Source: Candidatus Latescibacterota bacterium
GTDB taxonomy: Bacteria > Latescibacterota > UBA2968 > UBA8231
Direction of reading: 5' to 3'
DNA length: 64,000 nucleotides
Assembly: GCA_965217585.1 (NCBI GenBank)
Contig: OZ244561.1
Coordinates: 3,424,001-3,488,000 of the forward strand
The notes beneath the pieces are model-generated. The model saw only the letters and a list, made by a program, of their open reading frames with translations. It did no database searches and was not told where the DNA came from. The stretch's first letter is position 1. Each line of letters begins with the position of its first letter. Below are positions 9,355 through 17,894 of this stretch, piece by piece. Position numbers and translations under genes: made by a program.

Positions 9355-10719
9355 CTATCTGCCCAGACGGTCCAAGACATTGCGTGTGATCTGTGCCACC
9401 GGACCGCCGTTCCGGTAAAGACCGTGCGCCCACTCGATGGTTGCCGCGGTGAAGACAATCCCCTTGAACTCCGTTTCGTTGACCGCGACGGTGGCGTAGA
9501 ACCGGTCCTGGTGGATCCCCAGGTCCGCGTTGAAACCGTGGTCCTCCGCGTCCCCGATCGCGATGATCTGGTAATGCGGGCTGATTCCGTCATGGCCTGT
9601 AAATCGCGGTTTCCCATCCTTGAATTCGATGTCACCGCCGTCGCATTCGACCCCAACGATCGAGTCTGCCCGGCCAAACTCGTCCCCTTTTCCCAGCCCG
9701 GTTCCTGCGAACGCCCAGTGGTCGGGCTGGGTCACGCGGAAGAATCCGTATTCCCCGGACGTCGGGGCAACAATCTCGCCGGGAACCTTGCTCTTGGCGT
9801 TGACAGCAGCCGTATAGGAAACGCCAATGGTGCGCTGACGCAGAGTATCGATTGCGCGGAGAAAGGATGTTTCGGGGTCCTCTGGCGTCCCGAGCGGATG
9901 CTTTTTGTACCGGCTCTTAGCACAGTAAAGCTGGCGTCCGTCGGCCCTGGTCTCCACCAAGTGCGAGAAAGAGTTACCGGCGAACACCATCAGGTTGCCG
10001 CCACGTGCTACAAACCGCTGAAGCTGCTCGCATTCTTCGCGGCTGGAGTACTCGCCATGACAGATCCTGAGGTGTGCAGGGTAGTCATCTAGGAGATCCG
10101 GCTGCCGATCGTGGTCGGCGTTGACGCAGTAGTCTACCTGGTACCCCTCGGCGTCGAGCCATGATGTGAAGAACTGATCCCAGGCATAGAACCCGCCCAT
10201 GATGTCCGGCTGCAGGGGTCGCTCAAAGGTCACTAGGTCGCTGTGAGATCGGTCGGTAGACAGATAGGGGAAGAGGCATTTGCCGCCCACGGTGTTATAG
10301 GCGGCATAGGTATTGGTCTCGATCGTCAGGAGAATCGGCGCGCTGGGAACACACGGGCGAACGACGAAGAGGATTTCCCGGGTCCCCTGTGCGGTGGGGA
10401 AACTGGCGATGTAAACGCCGCTCTTCCAGTCGCGAGGCACCCGGAACGAGACCGTCGCGGGCCAGGCGAATCCGTCCCGATAGCCAAACTCGGGGACCGG
10501 GGGAAGCCCGCCACGCAGGTCGTTTATCTCCTTTACCAGACGCCGTTTTGCCCCTTCGTGGAACACAAATACATCGTAGTACGATCTGGAATTCGATATA
10601 TGGAACGTTACCTCATCTCCCTGACACACACTTAGCGGGCTGGCATAGCCGCCTTCTCTCAGCTTCCAGTACCGGGTTGCGTCCTGTTCGTAATGGGCAA
10701 AAATGTGTTCGCGTTTCAT
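9355..10719 (-). CDS. N,N-dimethylformamidase beta-subunit-like domain protein
   Basis: WKSGVYIA, ILFVVRP, TNTYAAYN, HGEYSS, GGNLMVFAGN and IVGVECD segments. Confidence 0.8.
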   Translation of the reverse strand: MKREHIFAHYEQDATRYWKLREGGYASPLSVCQGDEVTFHISNSRSYYDVFVFHEGAKRRLVKEINDLRGGLPPVPEFGYRDGFAWPATVSFRVPRDWKSGVYIASFPTAQGTREILFVVRPCVPSAPILLTIETNTYAAYNTVGGKCLFPYLSTDRSHSDLVTFERPLQPDIMGGFYAWDQFFTSWLDAEGYQVDYCVNADHDRQPDLLDDYPAHLRICHGEYSSREECEQLQRFVARGGNLMVFAGNSFSHLVETRADGRQLYCAKSRYKKHPLGTPEDPETSFLRAIDTLRQRTIGVSYTAAVNAKSKVPGEIVAPTSGEYGFFRVTQPDHWAFAGTGLGKGDEFGRADSIVGVECDGGDIEFKDGKPRFTGHDGISPHYQIIAIGDAEDHGFNADLGIHQDRFYATVAVNETEFKGIVFTAATIEWAHGLYRNGGPVAQITRNVLDRLGR

Positions 10720-10744
10720 TTGAAATCCAGCATGAGGGACGTTC

Positions 10745-11137
10745 TCACCGTAGCCAGTGGAGAAAGTCCTTTGGGTTTATCTGCACGTTGTCGCATGGCT
10801 CAACGGGATCATATGATACCCACTGCTCATCGTCGAGTTGCTCGAAAGAAGCCGACGGTACGGTGTACAAGAATCCAGGCTTAGACGTGTCGAGGGAGCC
10901 TGCTTCTAAGTGAATCTCAGGCTCGTCCGCTTGAAATGATACTCGAAAGCTAAGGTTATTATTCTCGTTCGGGATGAACGGCAGGGAAAATACTATGGCG
11001 AGATTTTGAATATGGGTAGCATAGACGGCGTGCAAACGGTCTTTTTCTGGTCCCACTCCTCTCGCCGGACTAGGTTCGATACGATCAAGTTTTTCAGGAC
11101 TTCCGTGATAGAGGTAACGTGGTTTGGCGATCTGCAT
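10745..11137 (-). CDS. Hypothetical protein with N-terminal YLYHGS motif (possibly ADP-ribosyltransferase-like fold)
   Basis: Clean lower-GC ORF; YLYHGS...VYAT pattern; fold assignment tentative. Confidence 0.6.
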   Translation of the reverse strand: MQIAKPRYLYHGSPEKLDRIEPSPARGVGPEKDRLHAVYATHIQNLAIVFSLPFIPNENNNLSFRVSFQADEPEIHLEAGSLDTSKPGFLYTVPSASFEQLDDEQWVSYDPVEPCDNVQINPKDFLHWLR

Positions 11138-11154
11138 TCCGGTTTCTGCTAACA

Positions 11155-11204
11155 ATCACACCCACAAGGGATCGAGGAAGCTCGGCATCGATGATAAAAC
11201 GCAC
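11155..11204 (-). pseudogene. N-terminal remnant resembling DUF5615 (PIN-like toxin): MRFIIDAELPRSL
   Basis: Manual translation from GTG at 11204 resembles the MxFxxDxxLP start of DUF5615 proteins. Confidence 0.45.
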
Positions 11205-11261
11205 AGCGATCAGGACAGGATAGCCTCTTTGCTGACAAAAAAGATACGAAAGATGCAATAG

Positions 11262-11625
11262 CTACTCCAGGAAGAACAAGGCATTCGCCGGGTTCGCATG
11301 TGGAGCCGGGGCGTCGATACTCAGCGCTTCCACCCCCGCCACCGCGATCTGCAGATGCGGACTCGCCTTAGCGGCGACCAGCCCGAGAAAAATCTGCTGC
11401 TCTACGCCGGCCGTCTAGCACCTGAGAAACAGGTGGAGACGCTCCTGCCCGTGCTCCAAAGCCGCCCCCACCTTCGCCTCGCGTTGGTGGGCGACGGTCC
11501 GGCTCGAGGCAAATTGGAAAGTCTATTCGCTGACACTGGGCCCGTGTTCACTGGCTACCTGCGCGGCACGGACCTTTCGCAAGCGTATGCCTCGGCCGAT
11601 TGCTTTGTTTTTCCCTCTACCGTAG
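11262..11625 (+). pseudogene. Internal fragment of a GT4 glycosyltransferase (SqdX/MgtA-like)
   Basis: WSRGVDTQRFHP, YAGRLAPEK, VGDGPAR, AYASADCFVFPS; N-terminal half and EAMASG region missing. Confidence 0.8.
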
Positions 11626-11804
11626 CTGGGGTACGGCGCGATCCAAATGGTCGCGGTCATGCCGGACAATCTCGATTGGCAGAGATCCACCGCTGCGGTG
11701 GGGTTGAGTAGTCGCCGGTTGGGTGTGGAGCTACGTCTAGGCGACTCCCTGTAGATGAATGCTTGTTTCTCGCTCAGTAGCCCATCGGACCGCTGTCGGC
11801 TAGC

Positions 11805-12290
11805 GGAGGCAAAGTCGACGAACCAGGGAAAGCCCTTGCGCCGCACCTGCCGCCCTACACTGCATAGTAAAAAAGCCTCGGACGGTAAAGATCGCCCGCC
11901 CAAAAACACTTGGTCTCGCCCCGGGCGCGGATGGCTCGCAAAGCGCTCGAGGTCAATGCCGTTGGGTATGATGTGCAGCTTGGCCGAGTCTAGCCCTCGG
12001 TCTAGGCACGCCTGACCGGTAGCCGCACTCACCGCCACTACGGCGTCCAGCCGCGTAAAGGCCTGCTCCAAAGTCCACTGGTAAGGAGGGAAAGACCACA
12101 AGGCGTCCAAGCCGTGGGCAATGGCCACCGTTTTGACTCCCGAATCGCGCAACAGCCGCTCTAGTGGCACCGCTAAAACGCCGCAGATGAGCGAAGAGAA
12201 CAGCACCACATCCACGGCCTTCTGCTCTATGTTCTCGGATGGGATTCTCTGGTCGGAGCAGTCAGGCTGGAACCACTCGGGCCGCTTCAC
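11805..12290 (-). pseudogene. Fragment of a second GT4 glycosyltransferase
   Basis: IAHGLD, VAVSAAT, IIPNGID, SVGRQVRRKGFPWF, after which family similarity is lost. Confidence 0.75.
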
Positions 12291-12322
12291 TTCTCCCGCT
12301 TGGCCCCTTTAACTCCCGACGC

Positions 12323-12972
12323 CTAGAAGCCAAAGTTGAGCAAGCCAGCCATCCACAGACTAGCGCCTAGAACGGCCCCGGCCATAGTCTGAGCCGGCGA
12401 TCCCAGATAAATCCGCGCCCATGCCACCACCGGTACGATCGCTAACAACCAAGAGGAAGTCAGCCCTAATAAGTAGAACCCCAATACGGCCAAACTTGCT
12501 ACTGCGGTGCAGTGGGCGCTGATCTTCCAGCGCAGGGTTATGCCGAGAAACAAGACGAGTTGGATCAGATTGAGAGCCGCTAAAAGTACCAGCAGACGCG
12601 GGGCCGATGCACTGTAGAGCAGCCCTAGGGAAAGAGGGCTGGTCAGCAAGGCGGCTACCAAGGGGCGGAAACGCTCGGATCGCACATTGAGATGGGGATC
12701 GCTCACCCACCCCCGGTGGTAGAGATAGACGATGTAGAGGGTGGGTAGTGCAGCCGTCAGCAGGATGTGGATTCCTCCCCACAGCCAAGCGTCGGGCCGG
12801 TTCAGACAGGATGAGGCCAATAGAATGCAGACCGCCGATACCAGAGGGGGGCTAAGGATTTGGGACAGAATCTGGGCGATGTGATAAGGCAGCGGTAGGG
12901 CCGCGCCTTTGGACAGGACAGTCGGCTGAGAAATGGCCTTAGATCTTCGTTCTTGGATCAGAATACACTCAT
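12323..12972 (-). pseudogene. PAP2-like membrane protein with a frameshift just after the start
   Basis: WKISAH and WARIYLG motifs; RBS plus ATG at 12972 reads ATG AGT GTA TTC TGA, one base out of frame with the long reading frame. Confidence 0.65.
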
Positions 12973-13250
12973 GGGAATGTCCTCATTAATAAAAGTAGTG
13001 CTTATCTGTGGGTGTTTGGTGACACGACTTGAAGATCTGATGACCATCTTGTTAAGAATTAGACAGTCCTCGGTTTGAGTCCGGGAGGCGACTCCAATAA
13101 AAACAAGGAGTTATGACAAACATACCATAGCGGCGAAAAAGTCGTGTCAGCAATATGTCAGCAATAAGTAGAAGGAATCCAATGCTACGTATGCTGTTCA
13201 AGCTGTTGTCGCTATTCGGTCGTGAGCCTCTTTGAAATCTGAGAGAACCG

Positions 13251-13289
13251 AAAAAACCCCGTGCCGGGAGATTTGGCACGGGGGTTTTT
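13251..13289. terminator. Bidirectional intrinsic terminator
   Basis: AAAAAA-CCCCGTGCC...GGCACGGGG-GTTTTT hairpin with A/T tracts on both sides. Confidence 0.8.
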
Positions 13290-13315
13290 AATAGCCCTCG
13301 TCAAAAAAATTATTT

Positions 13316-13393
13316 GTCGGGTAGGCGGAGCCTGTCACCAGTTCCCGCCCCCCTCAGAACCGTGCGTGCGACTTTCACCGCACACTGGGTCCC
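13316..13393 (-). ncRNA. Group II intron 3' remnant (domains V and VI)
   Basis: Minus strand reads GACCCAGTGTGCGGTGAAAGTCGCACGCACGGTTCTGAGGGGGGCGGG...CCGCCTACCCGAC: DV with GAAA loop and the typical CCTACCCGAC end. Confidence 0.85.
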
Positions 13394-13427
13394 GTGTGGC
13401 CAGGTTTCGCCTCAGCCGCAAGAAAAA

Positions 13428-13955
13428 TCAAAAATCGGAATTATTCTGTTTTAAGGTTTTGATTTGTCCCCACGAGGTCTCGTCCACAACCGTAGCCTGA
13501 TTGGTTTCTGAACAAGGAGCCGACGAACACAAACAACTTTCCTGCGTCTTGTCGTTGATATGGTAGCTGGTGCATAACCGGTATGGCTCGTCCGGGTTAA
13601 AATCCTCGCACAGTCTGGAGCGGCCGCAGCTAAAATTCTGATCCGTTGCATTGTCTGGCGTGACCAACGAACAGGGAGTAGAAGAATATTGCCTGTCCGC
13701 TATATACAGATTGCACTCCCAATCTAAGGCAAACGTGATCCAAGCATATTTCGGATATGGTGTATTTCTATCTATATATTCCCAAGAACAAAAACGATGA
13801 TCGGGATTTAAGCCACAATCGAAGCATTGATCCCAGAACATCTCGCCACAATAGACCCTGTCGTGTTCGGCTTGGCCCAAGTTGATCGAAAGCAGGAGCA
13901 CAAGCACCGTGAGGATCGTTGCAGCTTGCAACGTGCGTAGTATTGATTTGTTCAT
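13428..13955 (-). CDS. Secreted cysteine-rich protein with C-terminal ATVVDETSWGQIK tail
   Basis: AAGGAGG RBS, signal peptide, 12 Cys, low GC. Confidence 0.75.
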   Translation of the reverse strand: MNKSILRTLQAATILTVLVLLLSINLGQAEHDRVYCGEMFWDQCFDCGLNPDHRFCSWEYIDRNTPYPKYAWITFALDWECNLYIADRQYSSTPCSLVTPDNATDQNFSCGRSRLCEDFNPDEPYRLCTSYHINDKTQESCLCSSAPCSETNQATVVDETSWGQIKTLKQNNSDF

Positions 13956-14038
13956 TTGTGTCCTCCTTCGTTTAGGTTGAGGTGGGAAGGCCAAGCATGG
14001 GACGGGAGTGCGCGGGTCGTTGCCCGGGCACGTGGTCG

Positions 14039-14130
14039 CTATTCTTCCTCCACCGTCGTTTCTTCGACCGGCTCCGGGTATTGGGGTACGAGTTGACCTC
14101 GCGGATCTCGCAGCCGACTACCAGAGGCAA
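14039..14130 (-). pseudogene. Frameshifted copy of the small 'GCEIR' lipoprotein
   Basis: LPLVVGCEIREVNSYPN-(frameshift)-PEPVEETTVEEE*; DNA similar to 16549-16620 and 19510-19580. Confidence 0.75.
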
Positions 14131-14193
14131 AAACGTCCGTCCGCGTGGTTAGTCGATAGGGTCGGGTTCCTAGTCGTCACGTACTAACCGGTT

Positions 14194-14550
14194 CTACTCT
14201 ACGCGGTAGCGAAAAAACTCGCCGTTTCCCCAAGGGAGCAATCCATAGATAAAGCAGTCAGCCTCGTCGGCCGCTACTGTCGGGTAGTTGCTTTGCAAGC
14301 GATGTACTAGGTGGCGCTCCACCCATTCAAACCTGAAAATAAACACCGTCTCATCTACCAGTCCGGTTCGATAGGTCTCTATGAGGATGATGTCGGACTG
14401 CTCGCCGGCATCGGGGAATCGTCCGTAGAGCGGGTCATTCCTGTACAGATACCCTTTATGCTCCTTGCCCCATTGTATCGGAGCCGAAAACTGTGCGATA
14501 GGTTCTTCGCCGATCTTGCCGAACAAATAGGTGAGCTTATCGGCAATCAT
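14194..14550 (-). CDS. Hypothetical protein (possibly 5'-truncated)
   Basis: ORF co-oriented with the island; no recognisable motif; start uncertain. Confidence 0.45.
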   Translation of the reverse strand: MIADKLTYLFGKIGEEPIAQFSAPIQWGKEHKGYLYRNDPLYGRFPDAGEQSDIILIETYRTGLVDETVFIFRFEWVERHLVHRLQSNYPTVAADEADCFIYGLLPWGNGEFFRYRVE

Positions 14551-14747
14551 GCACAGAGACGTAGTTCTCCCGTCTGAGGTCTGCCGGTTGAACCACGTAG
14601 GACCTATGCACCTGTGCTGCACGAGCGATCGGGCTCGTGAGCTAGCGGAGGATCCGCTGAGCAGGACGCCAGCAGGAGAAGGGCAACGGATAGGTAGCGC
14701 ATGTCGGGGCCGCGCGACCGCGGATCCTTTCTGAATACACCGTTGAT

Positions 14748-15320
14748 TTAAAACCCCACCAGCACAATAAGCCGAGGAGAGGGTATCTGCACCCTCAGAG
14801 TCCTTATCTCATTAGTTGCGACATTATGAGGGTCGTCCCCGTCTGGCAAGTTCTGGCTCTGGTATTCAATGTCGAGCTCGAGCCCTTGTCGCAAGGCTAT
14901 GCCCACTCGGTTGACCGGACGCCAGAGGACGCCGAAGCCGAGGCCGAGGCCGAAGTCCCATTGTCCCGTCCCAAACTCGCGCTCATCTCCCCAGCGTCTT
15001 TCGTGTCCGTCGAAGAAAGCCGACTGGTATCCGAACCATGAGACTTTTTTGCTCAAGGAGGCCAGCTTCTTGCGCGTCAGCGAGATCCGAGCCGACAGCG
15101 TGTTTTCCTCTATCTCGCCGCTGTATGATCCGAAGTCGATAACCTCATTGGTCCCCCTCAACCGTTCCAGTTCGACGCCCCACATAGTTCGGGTCATAGG
15201 ATTAACATGCCACAGGCTGATCCCTCTTTCAAGGATACCTAGGCCGACGGCTCCGTCAGCGGACGACGCGCTCGGGGATAGGGTAATGAGCAGGAACGAT
15301 AAGTGCTTCAACATCACCAT
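14748..15320 (-). CDS. Putative outer-membrane beta-barrel protein
   Basis: Signal peptide, alternating hydrophobic strands (FGLGLGFGVLWRP), terminal Phe; GGAGG RBS. Confidence 0.65.
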   Translation of the reverse strand: MVMLKHLSFLLITLSPSASSADGAVGLGILERGISLWHVNPMTRTMWGVELERLRGTNEVIDFGSYSGEIEENTLSARISLTRKKLASLSKKVSWFGYQSAFFDGHERRWGDEREFGTGQWDFGLGLGFGVLWRPVNRVGIALRQGLELDIEYQSQNLPDGDDPHNVATNEIRTLRVQIPSPRLIVLVGF

Positions 15321-15428
15321 CCTCCTCTCTTGTAGTGATTCACCGCCTCACAGTAATACCATCTGGCGGTGTATTACTTAAACACCTCCAGCGGGGCGGG
15401 GCGTTACCTGTGCGGTGGATTTTTGTCG
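15321..15428 (-). repeat. Leader repeat copy A (RBS plus CACCGCC/GGCGGTG inverted repeat)
   Basis: Near-identical to 20097-20226 except for a 22-bp indel. Confidence 0.9.
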
Positions 15429-15440
15429 CCAATCCCTTCC

Positions 15441-15473
15441 GATACCGGCGGCCAGCAGCCGTCGAGAAGGCAG
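15441..15473. repeat. Intergenic repeat R, copy 1 (core GGCCAGCAGCCGTCGA)
   Basis: Recurs at 16701-16738, 17773-17795 (partial) and 19206-19241. Confidence 0.8.
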
Positions 15474-16550
15474 TCACAGCAGCTTTCCGATCTCCTCGAT
15501 GCGTTCGACCACGGCCTCGAGTACCGCGTCCGCCGCGACGCCGACCGGCAGATAGATCGGGATCACCAACTCATTGTCCGCAAATTCATCAAATAGTTCA
15601 GGAGGAGTCTTCAGACCGAGCGGCTTGAGATTGTCGCGTATTTCACTGAAGGGCTTCACGCCCTGCCAACGATCGCCCTCACCATATAAGTAAAGCCAGA
15701 GGGGGGTATCCCGGACCGTGGCCCACTTGTCGTGGTCGATCCCAAACCATGCACCTGCTCCGGAAAGTTTGAAAGCGTACCCGTATTCAGTACGCAAGGA
15801 GTACAGATTTCCGCTGTCTGCTGCCAATTCTTCCCTTTCCAAGCGTTCGATAACATGGTTGACGAGATTCTCTAGACTGATTAGGCGGCGCGGGATTTCC
15901 GAGCCGAGTTCCCCCGGCCGCAGTGGCAGGAAGGCGTCTTCGTCCATCTGCTCGGCAAGTCCTCGCAACTGCTGGATATTACACTCCGTGTGCGATTCTC
16001 CGGCGATGCTTACTTGGGAGTCCATACGATCAAGCAGTTCCGCCCAACTGGTCAGCATCAAACGGCGTTTGCCGCCAGCAGTGGCACTCCGAAGTCCTTC
16101 CGCCTCGTTACGGTCTGGGCCCAACTCGATACCTGATTCCGACTCCGATACTTTCCGGCATAACTCAGCCCATAGCGCATCCAGCCGCGCGGACGGCGCA
16201 ACGAACAAAAGCGCCGATGCTTGATTTTCCGGTAGTCGTTTGAGATAGGCGACCGGCTGGTTATCGGTAAGCCCAGCCCAGAACTTCGCCTCGATCAGTA
16301 CGCGCTCTTGGGTATGCTGGTCGAAACCGGCGAGATCCGGCCGCGTCCCCTCTTCGCCGCTGACCTGCGTTTTTACCCGAGCGATTTTCCCAACCTCCTC
16401 GCCATCGGTTCGCAGCACGTCCGAAAGGGCGCGCCGAGCCGCTTCGGACTCCGACAGGATGTGGCCAAGGGCCTCGACCGCGATGTTTTCGGTCTGATGG
16501 CCGAATATTGGCGCGAGCTTCGCGAGCAGCGTCTGGTTTTGTCGTTGCAT
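15474..16550 (-). CDS. PD-(D/E)XK nuclease superfamily protein
   Basis: TENIAVEAL...RPDLAG...VLIEAKFWAGLTDNQP pattern; probable ATG at 16550. Confidence 0.8.
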   Translation of the reverse strand: MQRQNQTLLAKLAPIFGHQTENIAVEALGHILSESEAARRALSDVLRTDGEEVGKIARVKTQVSGEEGTRPDLAGFDQHTQERVLIEAKFWAGLTDNQPVAYLKRLPENQASALLFVAPSARLDALWAELCRKVSESESGIELGPDRNEAEGLRSATAGGKRRLMLTSWAELLDRMDSQVSIAGESHTECNIQQLRGLAEQMDEDAFLPLRPGELGSEIPRRLISLENLVNHVIERLEREELAADSGNLYSLRTEYGYAFKLSGAGAWFGIDHDKWATVRDTPLWLYLYGEGDRWQGVKPFSEIRDNLKPLGLKTPPELFDEFADNELVIPIYLPVGVAADAVLEAVVERIEEIGKLL

Positions 16551-16620
16551 TCTTCTTTCTCCATCGTCGTTTCTTCGACCGGCTCCGGGCAGGCGGATCT
16601 CGCAGCCGGTGGCTAGTAGC
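16549..16620 (-). pseudogene. Internally deleted copy of the small 'GCEIR' lipoprotein
   Basis: LLATGCEIR-(deletion)-CPEPVEETTMEKEE, abutting the nuclease ATG. Confidence 0.75.
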
Positions 16621-16700
16621 TCAGCGGAGGGGTATAGGCGGTTAAATCGCAGAGCCAGTCCATGTCTTGCAGGGAGCTGGTTACGCCGGCGGCTGCGATC

Positions 16701-16738
16701 GCGGCGACCGGGGGCCAGCAGCCGTCGATAAGGCGCAG
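16701..16738. repeat. Intergenic repeat R, copy 2
   Basis: GCGGCGACCGGGGGCCAGCAGCCGTCGATAAGGCGCAG. Confidence 0.8.
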
Positions 16739-16807
16739 GCGAAAAAGCCGCGGTGCGGGGGCGATTCCAAGCTCGGCGACTCGACGCGCACGAAGTACAC
16801 GCCGAGG

Positions 16808-17737
16808 TCATAGCGACGTGAACCAATCCTTGTCCACCTCTACCACCTCTACCTCGACCCTTTTCGTTTTTGTGCTCACGCCAAGGTCGAGTTGTTTTAT
16901 TTTGTCGATCAGTAATTCGCCGTCGATCAAGTCTATCGGCGTAGTTCCTGGCTTTTGGGCTTCTACTTGCGCATTTTCCGAGAAGCGGCCTGTTGTAAAG
17001 ATGATGCCCTTTTCCGCCGATCCTCCTATCGCCCCACGAAAGTCTCTGACGATTCTTGGGCTGATGCTGCCAGCGTATCGCTTGCACTGAAACAGCACAG
17101 TAACGTTAGCAAGTCCCGCGAGGCTGATTACTGCACGCCCGTCAATTCCCTCGTCTCCCGGTCCGTCTGTTAGCTCAACTGGGGTAAACCCCGATTTCTC
17201 TAGAAGTCTTTTGCATAGCCGTTCAAATGCCAACGGTGTAATTTCGAGGAGGGTATTCAGCAAGTGCTTGCGCCAGTCCGCGGATTCTCCCATTGGGCTT
17301 TCGTCTCTCTCGGCTGGGGATGCGTCGGCCTTGGCTTCTGCTTGCTGTTTTTGCTCGGCAGCACTCGTTTGGCTCTTAAGTTTTGGTTCCTCCTTTTCCC
17401 GTTTGGTTGAATCAGCCGCACTACAGTCGCATTTATCTATCGTCTCTTGGAGTTTCGAGAAAGTTGTAGAGGAGAACGAATCCCGGTGGCGTTTTGCGAA
17501 ACCTTTAAGACCGCGTCCGCACGCCTTAGCAGAGCCCTCTGAAGTAGGCACAAACCCATCCACAATTGCCTTTATGTCTCTCCGAGCATTATAGACGAAT
17601 CCGTGTGTCTTAACGTTCAACTTTTCCGCTATTTTCTTTGCATTTAACCCCTTCTCACTGAGCCGCCATACTTGTCCGAGTCGTTTTTCGTCCTTATTAA
17701 GTGCGCTTTTCACTTCCTCCAGATACGTATCGCTCAT
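16808..17737 (-). CDS. mrr: Mrr-family (type IV) restriction endonuclease with an N-terminal HTH-like region
   Basis: AFERLCKRLL, DEGIDG, FQCKRY, VRDFRGA, GIIFTTGRFS, IDLIDGELL; GGGAG RBS. Confidence 0.9.
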   Translation of the reverse strand: MSDTYLEEVKSALNKDEKRLGQVWRLSEKGLNAKKIAEKLNVKTHGFVYNARRDIKAIVDGFVPTSEGSAKACGRGLKGFAKRHRDSFSSTTFSKLQETIDKCDCSAADSTKREKEEPKLKSQTSAAEQKQQAEAKADASPAERDESPMGESADWRKHLLNTLLEITPLAFERLCKRLLEKSGFTPVELTDGPGDEGIDGRAVISLAGLANVTVLFQCKRYAGSISPRIVRDFRGAIGGSAEKGIIFTTGRFSENAQVEAQKPGTTPIDLIDGELLIDKIKQLDLGVSTKTKRVEVEVVEVDKDWFTSL

Positions 17738-17772
17738 GGTAGTGTCTCCCTTTGATTTCAGCGCCAGCAACC

Positions 17773-17795
17773 GCGGCGACCGACAGCCAGCAGCC
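17773..17795. repeat. Intergenic repeat R, copy 3 (partial)
   Basis: GCGGCGACCGACAGCCAGCAGCC. Confidence 0.6.
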
Positions 17796-17813
17796 TTTGT
17801 TCTAACGCGCGGG

Positions 17814-17841
17814 ATTGTACTGAACAGAGGCAGGCGGTCAA
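17814..17841 (-). promoter_or_regulatory. Sigma70-type promoter for mrr (TTGACC-N16-TACAAT)
   Basis: Close consensus match about 77 bp upstream of the ATG; TGAACAG/CTGTTCA inverted repeat brackets the -35. Confidence 0.6.
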
Positions 17842-17894
17842 GATGCCCACCTGTTCACTTTTATTTTTTTATCCCTCGCTCATGGTATAGCCCG

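Noticed and set aside
15341-15375. TACCATCTGGCGGTGTA resembles phage lambda OL/OR operators
   Set aside because: The match is created by the 22-bp deletion in copy A and is absent in copy B; no prophage or CI-like gene is present
13316-16620. Diversity-generating retroelement (TR/VR-like repeat pairs near a retroelement remnant)
   Set aside because: No reverse transcriptase in the window, and differences between repeat copies include indels and are not evidently adenine-specific
15474-17087. 537-aa ORF as a single long protein
   Set aside because: Its first ~180 codons overlap mrr and the repeats out of frame; the real start is likely 16550
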